Shown one piece after another: positions 52,145 to 63,712 of a stretch of 64,000 nucleotides of DNA (positions are counted from its first letter, which is position 1; every line of letters begins with the position of its first letter). Made by a program: the position numbers and the translations under genes. Origin of the DNA: a virus (taxonomy: Duplodnaviria; Caudoviricetes); IMG/VR virus record IMGVR_UViG_2721755344_000002, positions 1 to 64,000 of that record; one strand, given 5' to 3'. Below the pieces are notes generated by a model. It was not told where the DNA came from, did no database searches, and worked only from the letters and a program-made list of their open reading frames with translations.

Positions 52145-54031
52145 AACTCTTCTACAAATTTTAACTTTCATAGTGCTCGTATTGAATCATAAAGCCTCCT
52201 TAAGTTATTTTGTCCATATTATTTTTTAAAAATTCTTGGTTTTCATTTTCCTTAACCCAAAAAATCTTATTTAATATTTCGCTAATTTGTTCATCTGATA
52301 TCTCAATTTCTCTTTCTCTCCAACCAAATTGTTCATGTTCTTTAAACCTAATCCTCATAAAGCCTCCTTTTACGAGGGTGCCATCTTATCAACTTTTACC
52401 TTGTTAAACATCTTCATTGCGTCCACCCATCCATCGAAAATCAAGAAATATCCGCAAATTGAGCACAGCGACCCCTGCAGCATATAGAAATCTGTAGAAT
52501 ATTCCTTGTACACCATAGACTTACCGCAACGTGGGCAAATAAAAGTATCCTTAGCTTTATTCAACGTTATCTCCAAAAGTAGAACTCTTGACTTCCCGTA
52601 TTTGAATCATTCTTTTCTTACCTTCTCCTCCTGGCACAGACCCTTTTTCAGCAAACTCCGACAAGTCAATACAAACTTCCAACAACTTCTTAATTACCTG
52701 AATATTCTGTTCTGCATTTTTTAGACTAATCTTATGATTAGTCGTATTAAGTTTAAACTCAAGTACTAACAATTCTCCATTTAAAACAGTAGCCGATATA
52801 TTAGTCATCGGGCCTGCATTAGACCAACTAAGATATTCATACACTTTTTTTTCTACTTTTACCATAAAAATCTCCTATCATTTAGAGTGGGGGAGGCAGT
52901 CAGGAGGAATTTAGCGACTAGCCCCCCTCCCCCTTTTAGAACTTAGTCGCTTGAGGGCTTTTTAATAAAATAACACTATCTTTAAAATTGTTCGCTATTT
53001 ATCCTAATCATTCTCTTACTCTTACGGTTATTTGCTTTTATATTAGAATTAAAAGGAGATATAAAATTAAGTACATTCTTCCAACACTTTTTGTGAACAT
53101 AATAGTAAATAAGCCCCTCTGAAATATCTTCTGAAATATCTAATCTGTACTCTGGCTCGAACGATGGCGATCCACGATAATACAACTGCTTCTGGCAGAC
53201 AAAACAAGTACCAGGTCTCATTGACATCACCTCCAGACTTAAAAATCTTTGCCATCTGTGCAATTTAGAATCCATACCAATCTATCCCAGGAAGTCCGTC
53301 CACTATTGCCTTTAACAATTTTTCATCTTCAGTAGGTTCTGGAGGAGGTTGTAAATCCTTTGTCAATAGCGGTTCTGAATTAAATTCAAAGCAAAATGGT
53401 TTTGGATCATTCCTTCTTTTTTTCAGCCATCTCTTTCTCCGCATCTAATTCCTCCACCCTATCTACGTGAAAATATTTAATAAGATCATCCAAAAATTTA
53501 TTTTTCCATTTCCAACAAATAGGAGCAGTTTTTGTAATCATCCCGTCGTCATCTACTTTCACACAAAATGTAGATTTAGGACTTGATAACCAATATGTTT
53601 TCATTCATCCCCATCCCTTAACCTTAGCATCCTCCATTTTGAAGTTCTTTCAACCTTGTTAGTATTTCTAACATCCAATTCAATAGGATCATTTTTTCCT
53701 ATTATTTCTATCAAACCCTGAATGTTTCCTTCCGTAAATACAATTTCGGCAGTAGCAAAACTTCTGCATGCAAGAAATTCCTTATTCCGTTCTCCAAAAG
53801 AAGAAACATCAAGTGATTCTCTATCAATATTTACAGATTTTATATAACCTTTAACTTTCATTTTAAATCACCCAATTCTTTCTCCATCTGCACCGCACCA
53901 ATCGCATTTTTTAGAAACTTTGTCGACTGCTTCCCATTCATGGTGGCACTTCGTACAATGGAATATATAAACTTTCCATTCTTTACAAAACTTCAATGCT
54001 AATTGCCTAAATCTATTATCTTTAATTTTGT

Positions 54032-54151
54032 TCATCTTAAACGAATCATCCTCTTTGGTTTAGGAACATCTCCATTTTTAATATGAAATCGCTTATGAGC
54101 CATCTTATAACATTTCGGTACTTTCTTCCCGCACAATTCACATTTTTTCAT
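54032..54151 (-). CDS. 39-aa C2H2-like protein with RMIRL tail (below the ORF-track cutoff)
   Basis: Hand translation MKKCELCGKKVPKCYKMAHKRFHIKNGDVPKPKRMIRLR. Confidence 0.65.
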   Translation of the reverse strand: MKKCELCGKKVPKCYKMAHKRFHIKNGDVPKPKRMIRLR

Positions 54152-54308
54152 TTGCTCTATCCTCTCTAAGTCTTATCATGCGATACTTTTTAGGTCTAAA
54201 AATTAATCCTAAATTTTCGCCAAATTTTCTTACTACGGAACTATCCTCCTTTTCGAGAGTTGAAAAATTATGCCATTTCCCATCCTGTCCTAGATATTCT
54301 ATTTTCAT
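54138..54308 (-). CDS. 56-aa RMIRL-tail protein (below the ORF-track cutoff)
   Basis: MKIEYLGQDGKWHNFSTLEKEDSSVVRKFGENLGLIFRPKKYRMIRLREDRANEKM. Confidence 0.7.
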   Translation of the reverse strand: MKIEYLGQDGKWHNFSTLEKEDSSVVRKFGENLGLIFRPKKYRMIRLREDRANEKM

Positions 54309-55016
54309 TACGCAATCTCGTACTTCTGTTACCTTGGCCTGTTATTGAAAATCAAAATATTTTTTACTTTACAAATTTTGCGCAAACCTATATCCACTTT
54401 ACATTACGTCTTTCGCATTCCTATTCGATTCAATCGAATCTGTTATACAAGCTATTTCCAAATCTTTGGAACCAACTACACAGTCAAATCCGCACTCGCA
54501 ACTTATAGTCAGTCCGCTGGCTTCAATACACCACCTGCTTTTCTCCAAGTCTATTTCCCAAATCTTTTTGCATTTTGGGCACTCTAAAGTCCAACGGTAG
54601 ATTGTTCTCCCAGACTTACTTCTAAATATTTTAAATTTCTTCTCTTTCATTATTTTTTGGGAAAAGTAACTTTTTGATTGCTTCAAAACGTTCCTTTCCA
54701 GTAAGAACTCTAATTTCCTTGGCGAGTGGTACTAACAACGGCTTACCTTCCTTATTTTTTGAAAAAAGCTGATCAACTGCTTCTTTGGCTTCTCTTAAAT
54801 GTGTTCCGAACAACGGCTCTGGATCATCCAAACAACGGCGTACCTCGATAGATTTTATTATTTTTTCTAATAACTCTTCAAGTTGCGGAATTTCATCTAT
54901 TGAAATATTGAATTTCTTGGTAGTAAACGCATCAATAAACTTACCGTTCTCGTTCAGTTTATCTCTACCGTTAACAAATATCGTTACTTCATCGCCAGAA
55001 ATATCGTATTCAAATC

Positions 55017-55604
55017 TCAATAGTTAAACTCCTTCAAAGGAGTTCCAGACTCTCTTGCCCAAATTAGAGCATCAAGTTCGGCTACTCCCATATCCTGTTC
55101 TTTGGCTTTAATTCTAAACTCCTCTTCCAATCTTAAATAATCTCTTATAGTCATACGGAATTTGTCGTATTTCAAATATCTTAAAATATGAACATCCAGT
55201 ATAGCCAGGTCTCGAGCACCCATATTTCTCAAAAAGTGACTAGCTGCCTTCATTCCCAATCCGCCTACTTGCCTTACTAATATCCCTCTTTTAGATTCCC
55301 AATCTATTTCACTCTTAATTAACTGACATATAGCAGGAAATACATATCGCATATCTTTTAGATATCTTGCTTTCCTTTTCCAAAATCTTAAAGTCTTAAT
55401 CATCTCCTCTATTTTTTTAACCGAAAAATTTGCAAAATAAAAATCATTTTCTTTTAATTTATCAACTATTTCAGTAACTTTTTTAAACTTGCATCCTGGA
55501 ACAAGAATACAAAATACCAAATCATAAAATATATCCACATCGGATTTATTCTGAAATCTAAATCTCTCGGACAGTAAATTATTTATTAAATTAGTTTTAG
55601 TCAT
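55017..55604 (-). CDS. 8-oxoguanine DNA glycosylase/AP lyase (Ogg2-type, HhH)
   Basis: LVFCIL, RFW.RKA, GLGMKAASHFLRN, AILDVHILR, Y...E, ELD..IW. Confidence 0.85.
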   Translation of the reverse strand: MTKTNLINNLLSERFRFQNKSDVDIFYDLVFCILVPGCKFKKVTEIVDKLKENDFYFANFSVKKIEEMIKTLRFWKRKARYLKDMRYVFPAICQLIKSEIDWESKRGILVRQVGGLGMKAASHFLRNMGARDLAILDVHILRYLKYDKFRMTIRDYLRLEEEFRIKAKEQDMGVAELDALIWARESGTPLKEFNY

Positions 55605-56953
55605 CGTTTTCGGTTCTTACAACTTTCAGCCTTTCCTTATTGTGTTTAGTTCCCTGAAAATCAAAGTACTCCATAACTTCCCAAAGTAATTCTTCGTGTT
55701 CTTTCAAATCATCATTCTCGTCTTCTTCAATCACTATTGAAAAAGGCTCTCCGCCTCTCTCCAAAACATAACCGTTTCTAGCCCTATTAATTTTTAACCA
55801 CAAATCATTCGCCATTATTTCCCCTTTCATACGAAAAATTATTTAAAAAGGGTTTATAAAGTAGGAAAATACCTACAATTCCAATATTTCTTAGCCTGTT
55901 CTTCTGAAGTGAAACCCATATCAAATCGTGGGGGCATAGTAACACAATCATTCTTACACGATATCTTATACAACTTACTTCCAGGAATAATCCAAATAAA
56001 TGCCTCGCTTCCGCAAAACGGACAACCCATTAAATCTTTGCTTTCTCCAAGTTTTGGGTTTTTATCCATAAGGCTCCCTAATTCATTAGTAGTCCTCATT
56101 TTGCTTGTAAATAGGAGAATCCTAGTTAAATAATAGCACACCCAAAATATCATTAGTAGTACTATTACACCACCTATAATGTATCCCTCTATTGTCATTT
56201 TGTCCTTTACCTCCAAGTTCTGTGTTTTTCAGCTATCCACTCCCTCCCATCATACTCCTCGATCTCCCAATCAACATCATCCGGGATTTCTACTACGGTA
56301 AGTTCTGCATGGGCACCATTTGCTTTCTTCTTTAAAGTCTCAACAGCTTGAATTAAATATGGATCGTCTCTTTTATAACCGTCACCTTCTCCCGCATAGC
56401 CATATCCATGAAATGTGGGATCATCTTTATACTTTACATCAATCTCTAACCATTTTCTATATTCCTCTGGACAGTCATCAGGCCATTCCCCATTCTTCTT
56501 ATAATAATTAAACCATCTTTTTTTCATCTTCCATTCTTGGACTTCATCCTTAGCCTGTTTACTTCCTAAATCAGCCATCAATTCTGCGCACTTCCTACTA
56601 ATTGAGAATCCACCATAACAACTATTAATAACAATATTCATTATACCCTCCGTTTTTTTTCAGTAGAAAAATTACATTCAGAGTTTGAACATTTAAAGGT
56701 GCTCCAGCACTTAATATGCGACTTCTCTGTTATTGAGTCTCCGCATTGCATCGCATTAATTGCTTGCTCTCTTGTTTTGAAACCATTAATCGCATTACGT
56801 TCTACCAATAGTAAATCATCTCCGCATTGAGGGCACACTCGATTTTCTAAACACCTTTGATAATCTCTTCGGAAAACATCTTTCTTGTGACACCTATCGA
56901 GTGCTTTATCGCAAATCTTAAATTCTTCGGACATTTTATCTCCCTCTAAAATT

Positions 56954-57050
56954 TGGTGGGGAATTACTGGCTCGCCCAGTAGAGTAGCACCACATGTGCC
57001 GTCAGTCCAGACCTTCCATTACGAACACGGTAGACGCTTGCTCCATCCCC
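56954..57050 (-). ncRNA. Candidate small structured RNA ending CCCCACCA
   Basis: 5' GGGGA pairs with 3' TCCCC followed by ACCA; TACTGG/CCAGTA hairpin; GC-rich intergenic island. Confidence 0.35.
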
Positions 57051-59036
57051 ATTCTTTAAACATCCCCATAAGCACCTGATTTTGGATTAATTACTGGGTC
57101 AACTTCCAATATTAAAGTTCCAACATTTCCGCAATGCAAACAATATTGTTTTCGCAAGCCAGCAACGTTCCCAATCAGCAATTCGTATTCTTTTTTACAA
57201 TTCTTGCACTTTACTTTCCACAAGTTTTTTATATTTGCATCCATTATCCGTCTCCTGTTGAATCCTGGAATCTTGGAATGAAAACCTTATACTTCTTAAT
57301 AACTCTCTCGGCTTTCTTAGGTTGTTTCTTTTTACCAGCTTTATTCCGTTTATCTTTTTTCATTTTCCTTCTTCCGCTTTGCGCTTTGCTATCTTCTCAC
57401 GCCATTCAATTTCAAGTACTTCACTATCCAACTCATATTTAGTTTGCAAAAGACTTAGTTGTCTTAAATAAGGTTCTCCAATCCTTAAACAATCTTTGCA
57501 ATAGATAACAGCATGGTCCCCTTCCCAGCGATGAAGAATTTGACAGCCCCCGCATAAGTCTTTATGGCACATACAGCACTTTCTCAAACTTGATATCTGT
57601 TTTCCACAATCATCGCAAATATATCTATTCACCATACTTGTTACTTCTTCTTGTTTTATCATCTTAACTCTTCTTTCCGTACAAAGCTTTTCTGACCCAA
57701 GCGTCTGTCATCTTTATACCAAACTGAGAACGCCACATAAAAGATATGTCGCTTACTGTCACATTATTAAACTTAGCTTTTGTTAATTGACAAGTAGAAG
57801 TCATCCAATCTCTTAAATTTGATTTTATTTCATCCCTACTTTTCATTAGTTCTTCTTTCTCTCTTCATAAATTCTTTTCTTGCTCTCCAACCCCTGTAAG
57901 ATATCTATGATGTCTTTCTTAATCTCGTCCTTTAAGTCTCGTCCCGTTACCACAGCTTTCTTAATGTTGTTCTCTGTTATGTTTTGAACAACTATCATAC
58001 CAATAAGGGTATTCTTACTTGGAGTAATAATAGATAGAACAAGAAATATTACAAACAACCATTTGATATACCTAAATCTCCGGTGAACGTTCATTAAATC
58101 TTTGTCATTATCTTTGGCACCGAAAAGACCAACTAAGAAAACTATACCAGCGCCAGCACCAAATATAAAAGCCAAAAGACTAACTATAATACCCAAGTTC
58201 TCAGAAAACCCCAATAGATAAATTAACCAAGGACTAATTATCGGTTCCATATATTCCTCCTATATTCTTTCTTTCCAATCATACACCTTCGCCCAACGAC
58301 GAATAACATCTTTACTGGCTCCCGCCTCCTTGGGCAACAAAGAAACTGGGACCCCTTCTAACTTCACACAAATGAACTACTTGTTGAGCAATCTCATCAA
58401 TCTCAAGAACAAAAAATTTCCTCCAGCAGCAGCCACATCCATCAGTCTCGTTTTTTGGAACAGCCGGAAAAGTTTTATTAATTGAGATTACATCAGTATC
58501 TTGATGCCCCTGTAAACTATAATGCTTCATCAGTAAATAAACTTTCACCTGCTAACTCCTCCCAAAAAAAATCGACTATCTCTCCTATCCTACTATGACA
58601 ATGACAACCACATCCTTCTGATTCATCTGCAGTTAAACAACAAGCACAATCAAAACTTAGACTGTCTTCTCCCATTTGTCCATCGTAGCAAAATATCCAT
58701 CTATGAGTAGATCGTGGAGAAGACTTATTCTTCTTATCAAACTCATCCCCTAGCCACTCATTAAACTTCTTCCTTAACTCCACTTTCCTATTATAAACAG
58801 ACTTCGGAATAATAACTTTATCCATATACTCCTCGCTTCTTAAACAGCTTAAAACATTTAAAATCTTCACACCAGTTGCCCGGATCTTTTTTTACTTTAA
58901 ACAACTTACAAAATCCGTTATCAAGATATTCTCCATCAAAACCCGGATTAAAATTATAATGTCCACAAAAATCGCAGCAAGCATTACAAAACTCGCTACA
59001 CTTTTCCACTTTAGTTCTCCTCATGTTTTGTTACAA

Positions 59037-59252
59037 CTACTTTTTCCATTCAATTATTCCATAAATAGCCAAGCAGAAATAGATAGTAAACAGTACCCCC
59101 TGCCAGAACGCTCCTATCCAATAATCGTATACCGCCCAGCTGCCGTTTGTAAAAAACCAAACAAAGAAACAACTTCTCTTCTTCTTAATATTCAACACCA
59201 CACCAACCAAACTAAAAATCGTAAGTATGAAGGTAAAGGTACTTAATCCCAA
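59037..59252 (-). CDS. Small PnuC-like membrane protein
   Basis: SLVGVVLNIKK..CF.VW..N..W; three hydrophobic segments. Confidence 0.55.
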   Translation of the reverse strand: MGLSTFTFILTIFSLVGVVLNIKKKRSCFFVWFFTNGSWAVYDYWIGAFWQGVLFTIYFCLAIYGIIEWKK

Positions 59253-59567
59253 TTATTTCACCTCCGATTTAACGTAACTGCTCAAGACACTTGGCGACCA
59301 TTTTCGCTTATTACAGTAAGGACATTTCATAAAGTTTCCTCAGTAAGAACATTTCATAAAGTTTCCTCTCTAAAGCCTGAATATTATCTTTGAGTAAAAT
59401 ATTCTCCCTAACCAAACTAGCAGGATCACTATTGGTTTCAAGCTCATAAATGTAATTTCGGACTGGCTTCGGTAAGGCATTTATATTTTTAGATGTTGGC
59501 TTCCATCTTCTTCCAGGATTCTGTTTCATATATATTAAATAACACTATTATTTAGAATTTTCGCATT

Positions 59568-62138
59568 TTAAACGAACTCGAAAGTGAACTCTCCGCCTGT
59601 ACTGGCTATAAGAGCTATTGCATTTGCTAAAACTATATCGTCAGGTGATTTAGAACCGCCTGTTTTCATCTTAGCTAAATAGGAAAATCTTTTGGCCTGT
59701 TCAATAAATCTCTTACTTTGAATTACCATCTCATCCATTCTAATAGCTTTGTCAAGCAAGTCGATCATTTGGGGTCTTGATAAATTCGATGTCAACCAAC
59801 CCATCTTTCTATCAGGTCCCACATAAATATTAGGATAAGCTGGATAGGCTACCGCTCCCCTTCTTACTATTCCATTTGCCAAATTCAGAATTACAGCGTG
59901 ACCGTGATTGTTTCTTTCCACAGCAAGTACCGCATTATTATATGCCTTACCAAGCCTCCATAATTTCTCACTAAATATATCAGGGGTCCACCTTCCCACC
60001 AATAAACCTACCTGTTCTATAGGAAGAGGAAAAGTCCTTAATACCATAGCTGCTGAATAATCTGAGTGCGGATCTCCTTCTGCAACATCTGCTCCCACCA
60101 CATATTTAGCCCCAGGTTGAGCCATTCTGTAAACATACATATCTCCGCCTAGCCATATCTCTGCTGGAAACTGCTCTACTAAATTCTTATCTATTTGATT
60201 TAACTTAATATTATCAAATACTGGAGTTCCTGACTTTAGAAAGACTTCTTCATCGTCGTCCTCGGGGTATTCCTGAACAAACTTAGCCCCCATCCTGAAC
60301 TTCTTTTCCCTCCGCCAAGCTAACTGTTCAACAGTTAATCCAAACCTTTCTATTAATGCGACCTCTTCTTCATCCAAACTCGTAAGTATCTCTGACTTTT
60401 GCTCTTCTGTCAAATCGGTAATTTTATATTCTGAGTGCTTGTGCCACACAAAGTAGTGCCCAAAATACTCGTTTTTAACCCTTCGTTTGGGCCTGAATGG
60501 GTTTTTAGCTCCCATGTAATAGTCATAGAAGGGTCCGCCCTCCCCTCGTGCCGTAGACTCTAAAACCACGTGCCCAGTCCGAGGAACCGATTCCAATAAA
60601 CCTATCAAAAAATCCTCCGTAAAGCTGGGAGAGCTCACTTCTGATAAATGAAGGTTATTAATAGTCCTGCCACGCCCAAAGTCCCTAGTTTCTGCCGAGC
60701 CAATAGTTAGAGTTGAATTTATCTTATCAAAATAAAGCTCTAATCTATTCGAGTACTTAACATGAGGCTGAAACACAGGAGCTGGTAATGGTTGACCCGC
60801 TATTGAATCAAACATAAACTTTGAATTATGAATAATCCCGGAAACAGTTCTGTATTGATTATTAGGCTGATTCAATTTATCGTATAATTGCCCTTTATAG
60901 TAAATGCTTTCTATTTTTTTAATCTTTTGATAAATATAATCGTTGGTTTCAATAAAAGAAACCTTCCTACATTTTCTATCTAATTTTGAGTATTTTGCAA
61001 AAGTAGAACCAAACATAGTAAGACTATATAGAGGCTTTTTCCTATTATCTTTACTTTTACGAATACTTGACCAACCATAGCCAAGAGCACATATTATATC
61101 ACGTAATTGATACGCTAACTGCGGTCTGCTACTTCCATAACTATTAGCTTTTCTATTTTTTAGGTTATGCCCATCACCGTCTATTAGCCCTCTCACAAGC
61201 CCTGTACAAAAATCTTTATTTGCATCAAAAATCCAATCTGGAATATACTTCTCATTACCATCAGAGTCTACATAAAAAGTTTCTCGAAAAAATCTACGCC
61301 AAACTTCGCTAAGAAGTTCTACTCTTAAAACATTATTTTTTACTTTTAATTTTACTTTACCTCTTATTTTTACTTCGCAAGTTTCAAAAAATCTTTTGAT
61401 TCTTTCGCCGAATAGCTGCTCTTTTTTATTTAAAGTAAAAATAATATTAGAACCTCTATTCTTATCTTTTTCTACATAACCTTCCGCAAGTAATATTCCA
61501 ACTACCCAACCAAACTCTTCGTTTAAATCTATTTTAGCTTCATTTACCCCGTTATAAAGAAGTTTACGACACATAAGTTCTGTATTAATGAAAATACTCT
61601 TTAATTTTCCTGTAATATTCTTCTTATCAAAAGCAATTCTATCCGATAAAGTTATGTAGCGAGCTTGCTTCCACCCCTTCTCTGTAAGAATTTTATGATC
61701 GGGGGTAACTATAATCGGATGATTTGGATTATTTCGCACCTGAATAGAAATCAAATCTCCATCCCATCGAATAGTAGAAGTACCTGATTCGCTAATTTTC
61801 TTAGGAAAACCGTTTGCTTCCAAAGTTTCAACATCTGGATGCACACAACGCTCAAATAATGCACTCGAGTCTTTCTGTGTATGGCAAACAATAATTGAAA
61901 CAGTATTTGGAACAAATAATGTATCGTGGAGGAACAAACCAAGGATCAAGGTTGAGAACCCGAGCTGCCTCGGTTTCAAGATCACGTCCCTACGTGTTCT
62001 ATTATCATAATATTGATTTTGAGCTTCGTTGAATATAAAAGGAACTACATTTCTATCTTTATCTGTAATAGAAACTAAGCTTTCGATAAAAAACTTCGGG
62101 TCTATTAAAGCACGGTCTCTAAGACTTAAATTTGTCAC
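59568..62138 (-). CDS. terL: Terminase large subunit containing an intein
   Basis: ILKPRQLGFST (Walker A), GRG.T...HLSE (Walker B), ESTA.G, QEYP, GADVAEG...DYS, ERNNHG, DD.V.A nuclease motifs. Confidence 0.93.
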   Translation of the reverse strand: MTNLSLRDRALIDPKFFIESLVSITDKDRNVVPFIFNEAQNQYYDNRTRRDVILKPRQLGFSTLILGLFLHDTLFVPNTVSIIVCHTQKDSSALFERCVHPDVETLEANGFPKKISESGTSTIRWDGDLISIQVRNNPNHPIIVTPDHKILTEKGWKQARYITLSDRIAFDKKNITGKLKSIFINTELMCRKLLYNGVNEAKIDLNEEFGWVVGILLAEGYVEKDKNRGSNIIFTLNKKEQLFGERIKRFFETCEVKIRGKVKLKVKNNVLRVELLSEVWRRFFRETFYVDSDGNEKYIPDWIFDANKDFCTGLVRGLIDGDGHNLKNRKANSYGSSRPQLAYQLRDIICALGYGWSSIRKSKDNRKKPLYSLTMFGSTFAKYSKLDRKCRKVSFIETNDYIYQKIKKIESIYYKGQLYDKLNQPNNQYRTVSGIIHNSKFMFDSIAGQPLPAPVFQPHVKYSNRLELYFDKINSTLTIGSAETRDFGRGRTINNLHLSEVSSPSFTEDFLIGLLESVPRTGHVVLESTARGEGGPFYDYYMGAKNPFRPKRRVKNEYFGHYFVWHKHSEYKITDLTEEQKSEILTSLDEEEVALIERFGLTVEQLAWRREKKFRMGAKFVQEYPEDDDEEVFLKSGTPVFDNIKLNQIDKNLVEQFPAEIWLGGDMYVYRMAQPGAKYVVGADVAEGDPHSDYSAAMVLRTFPLPIEQVGLLVGRWTPDIFSEKLWRLGKAYNNAVLAVERNNHGHAVILNLANGIVRRGAVAYPAYPNIYVGPDRKMGWLTSNLSRPQMIDLLDKAIRMDEMVIQSKRFIEQAKRFSYLAKMKTGGSKSPDDIVLANAIALIASTGGEFTFEFV
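60825..61847 (-). mobile_element. Intein (341 aa) with a LAGLIDADG homing endonuclease
   Basis: Begins C98 (ER|CVHPD); TPDH block B; GILLAEG and GLIDGDG motifs; ends IIHN|S. Confidence 0.9.
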
Positions 62139-62649
62139 ATATGTCCTTTTTAATTTTTACATTTTTCATCTCCTTCATACAATCATTTGACATTCGGTAA
62201 TTGAAAAGGGCATAATTTACCCTATTGGAATACAAAATGTAAATCTTATGCCTTTTCTAGATCTCGGCCCGCCTGGTCACCGAGAACAATGTTGCTTTCT
62301 TGAGCAACCATTTCTTGAGCAGGTTCCCTTGTTTCTTTTGTTTTATATGCTGAAGTTGTCCCTGTACCAACCAAACTAAAAAACATTATAAGTGCAGGAA
62401 TCAACTGAAGCAGGATTATAATAGCCCCAAGAATTAAGAATATCCAAAGAGCCGTCCCGCCTTCTGAAAGGTCCCTCATCCTTAATCCCGACTTCGCTCC
62501 TGGATAGGTAGAAAACCAGAAGAATACAAAAGTCGCCACTGTTAAGATTAAAGACCATCTCCTCATTTTCTCACACGTGCTTGTTTTTACTCTCATTTTA
62601 GTTACCTCCTTATTTATTCATTTAAGTATTTTGTCCAACTTATTCAAAG

Positions 62650-62764
62650 ACCGACGGGAGGGACTCGAACCCTCACGATCCCCTGCAAATCTTGGGTGAA
62701 TTTATCGGTTTTACCAGCAGTTGATCTATCCCATCATTTAGCGTCTACATTTCGCCACCGTCGG
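62650..62764 (-). ncRNA. tRNA-Leu-like element with an expanded, non-canonical anticodon domain
   Basis: CCGACGG/CCGTCGG acceptor stem, TGGCGAAATGTAGACGC D-arm, CGT-GAGGG-TTCGAGT-CCCTC T-arm. Confidence 0.6.
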
Positions 62765-63014
62765 TCTCCGATTTATTTTTTTTCTTAAGCCTCTTGTCTA
62801 ATCTATCCAAATCCACAACAGGCAAATTAAGAGCTTGCCTCATATATTCTAAATCGTTTTTCAATCCTTTCAATGTATCACCCCAAGGCCCACAAGCATC
62901 AACAGTCCACGCTGTAACTACTTTGCTGTTTTTCCCCAAATAATAACATTCATGGATTGTAAAATACGATTCACCTTCAATCAGGCGTTTGCAAACTCTA
63001 TAGTTCCAACTCAT

Positions 63015-63356
63015 CTAGCTACCAATATAGACCTGGCATCCATTCTGCGGGACTGGCACAAAGTACAGAATGACACCATTAATACGCCAAGTTATGTAGG
63101 CGTTACGTCCATCCTTGTATAGGAAAACATATCCTGTTGGCATATCTATATTATCAGGTGAAGTCAAAAGCCTAATAGCTATACCATCTAGTGTGCCACC
63201 AATATAGATCACAATAATCTTATAAGCTCCCTGGTTAAAACTGAATACCTGCTGTCCAGCTACAAACTCACCATACAAACTACCAGGAGGAGCAGCTGCC
63301 GATATATTAGGTAATAGCAACGCCCCTAATAATAACAACACAAGTAATTTTTTCAT
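63015..63356 (-). CDS. Predicted secreted protein
   Basis: MKKLLVLLLLGALLLPNISAA signal peptide. Confidence 0.6.
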   Translation of the reverse strand: MKKLLVLLLLGALLLPNISAAAPPGSLYGEFVAGQQVFSFNQGAYKIIVIYIGGTLDGIAIRLLTSPDNIDMPTGYVFLYKDGRNAYITWRINGVILYFVPVPQNGCQVYIGS

Positions 63357-63712
63357 TGATTCTGCACCCCCAAGTTCTTAGGACCAATAGGCGGTGTAGC
63401 ATCAAGATTGTAAGCATAGTTAGCCGGATCGCTATCCAAGCTCTCATTATTGTTAGTGTCCACAGCAGTCAGCACGAAGGACAATATTCCCGAACTGCCA
63501 TCGGGAACCGTCACTGTAAAGAGATAGAAAGTTGTTGGATGCGGAATAGTACCAATCAAGCTACGGGTTCCATCACTCCTATACAACCTATACTCCTTCA
63601 TATCTGGTTCTGTATTAGCTGTCCAAGTTGCCTTAAGGTTTAGTGTCGCCGCTCCTGCTGTACTGGCTATAAACAATAGCCCCAAAATAAAACAGAAAAT
63701 CCCTTTTTTCAT
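63353..63712 (-). CDS. Secreted fibronectin type III-like protein
   Basis: Signal peptide from ATG 63712; W.ANTEPD...Y.LY...FVLTAVD..NNES..S. Confidence 0.7.
   Translation of the reverse strand: MKKGIFCFILGLLFIASTAGAATLNLKATWTANTEPDMKEYRLYRSDGTRSLIGTIPHPTTFYLFTVTVPDGSSGILSFVLTAVDTNNNESLDSDPANYAYNLDATPPIGPKNLGVQNQ

Noticed and set aside
52886-52951. Alternative GC-rich hairpins as a riboswitch
   Set aside because: Overlapping stems are visible but I recognise no aptamer consensus, so there is too little support
55597-57662. GEPF/GEPY in ORFs 55597..55830 and 57360..57662 as members of the cargo motif family
   Set aside because: Single occurrences in small ORFs lacking the RKGK leader and far from the cargo block; probably chance
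1326-63643. Plus-strand ORFs in the six-frame track
   Set aside because: They are short shadows antisense to well-supported minus-strand genes, with no recognisable motifs
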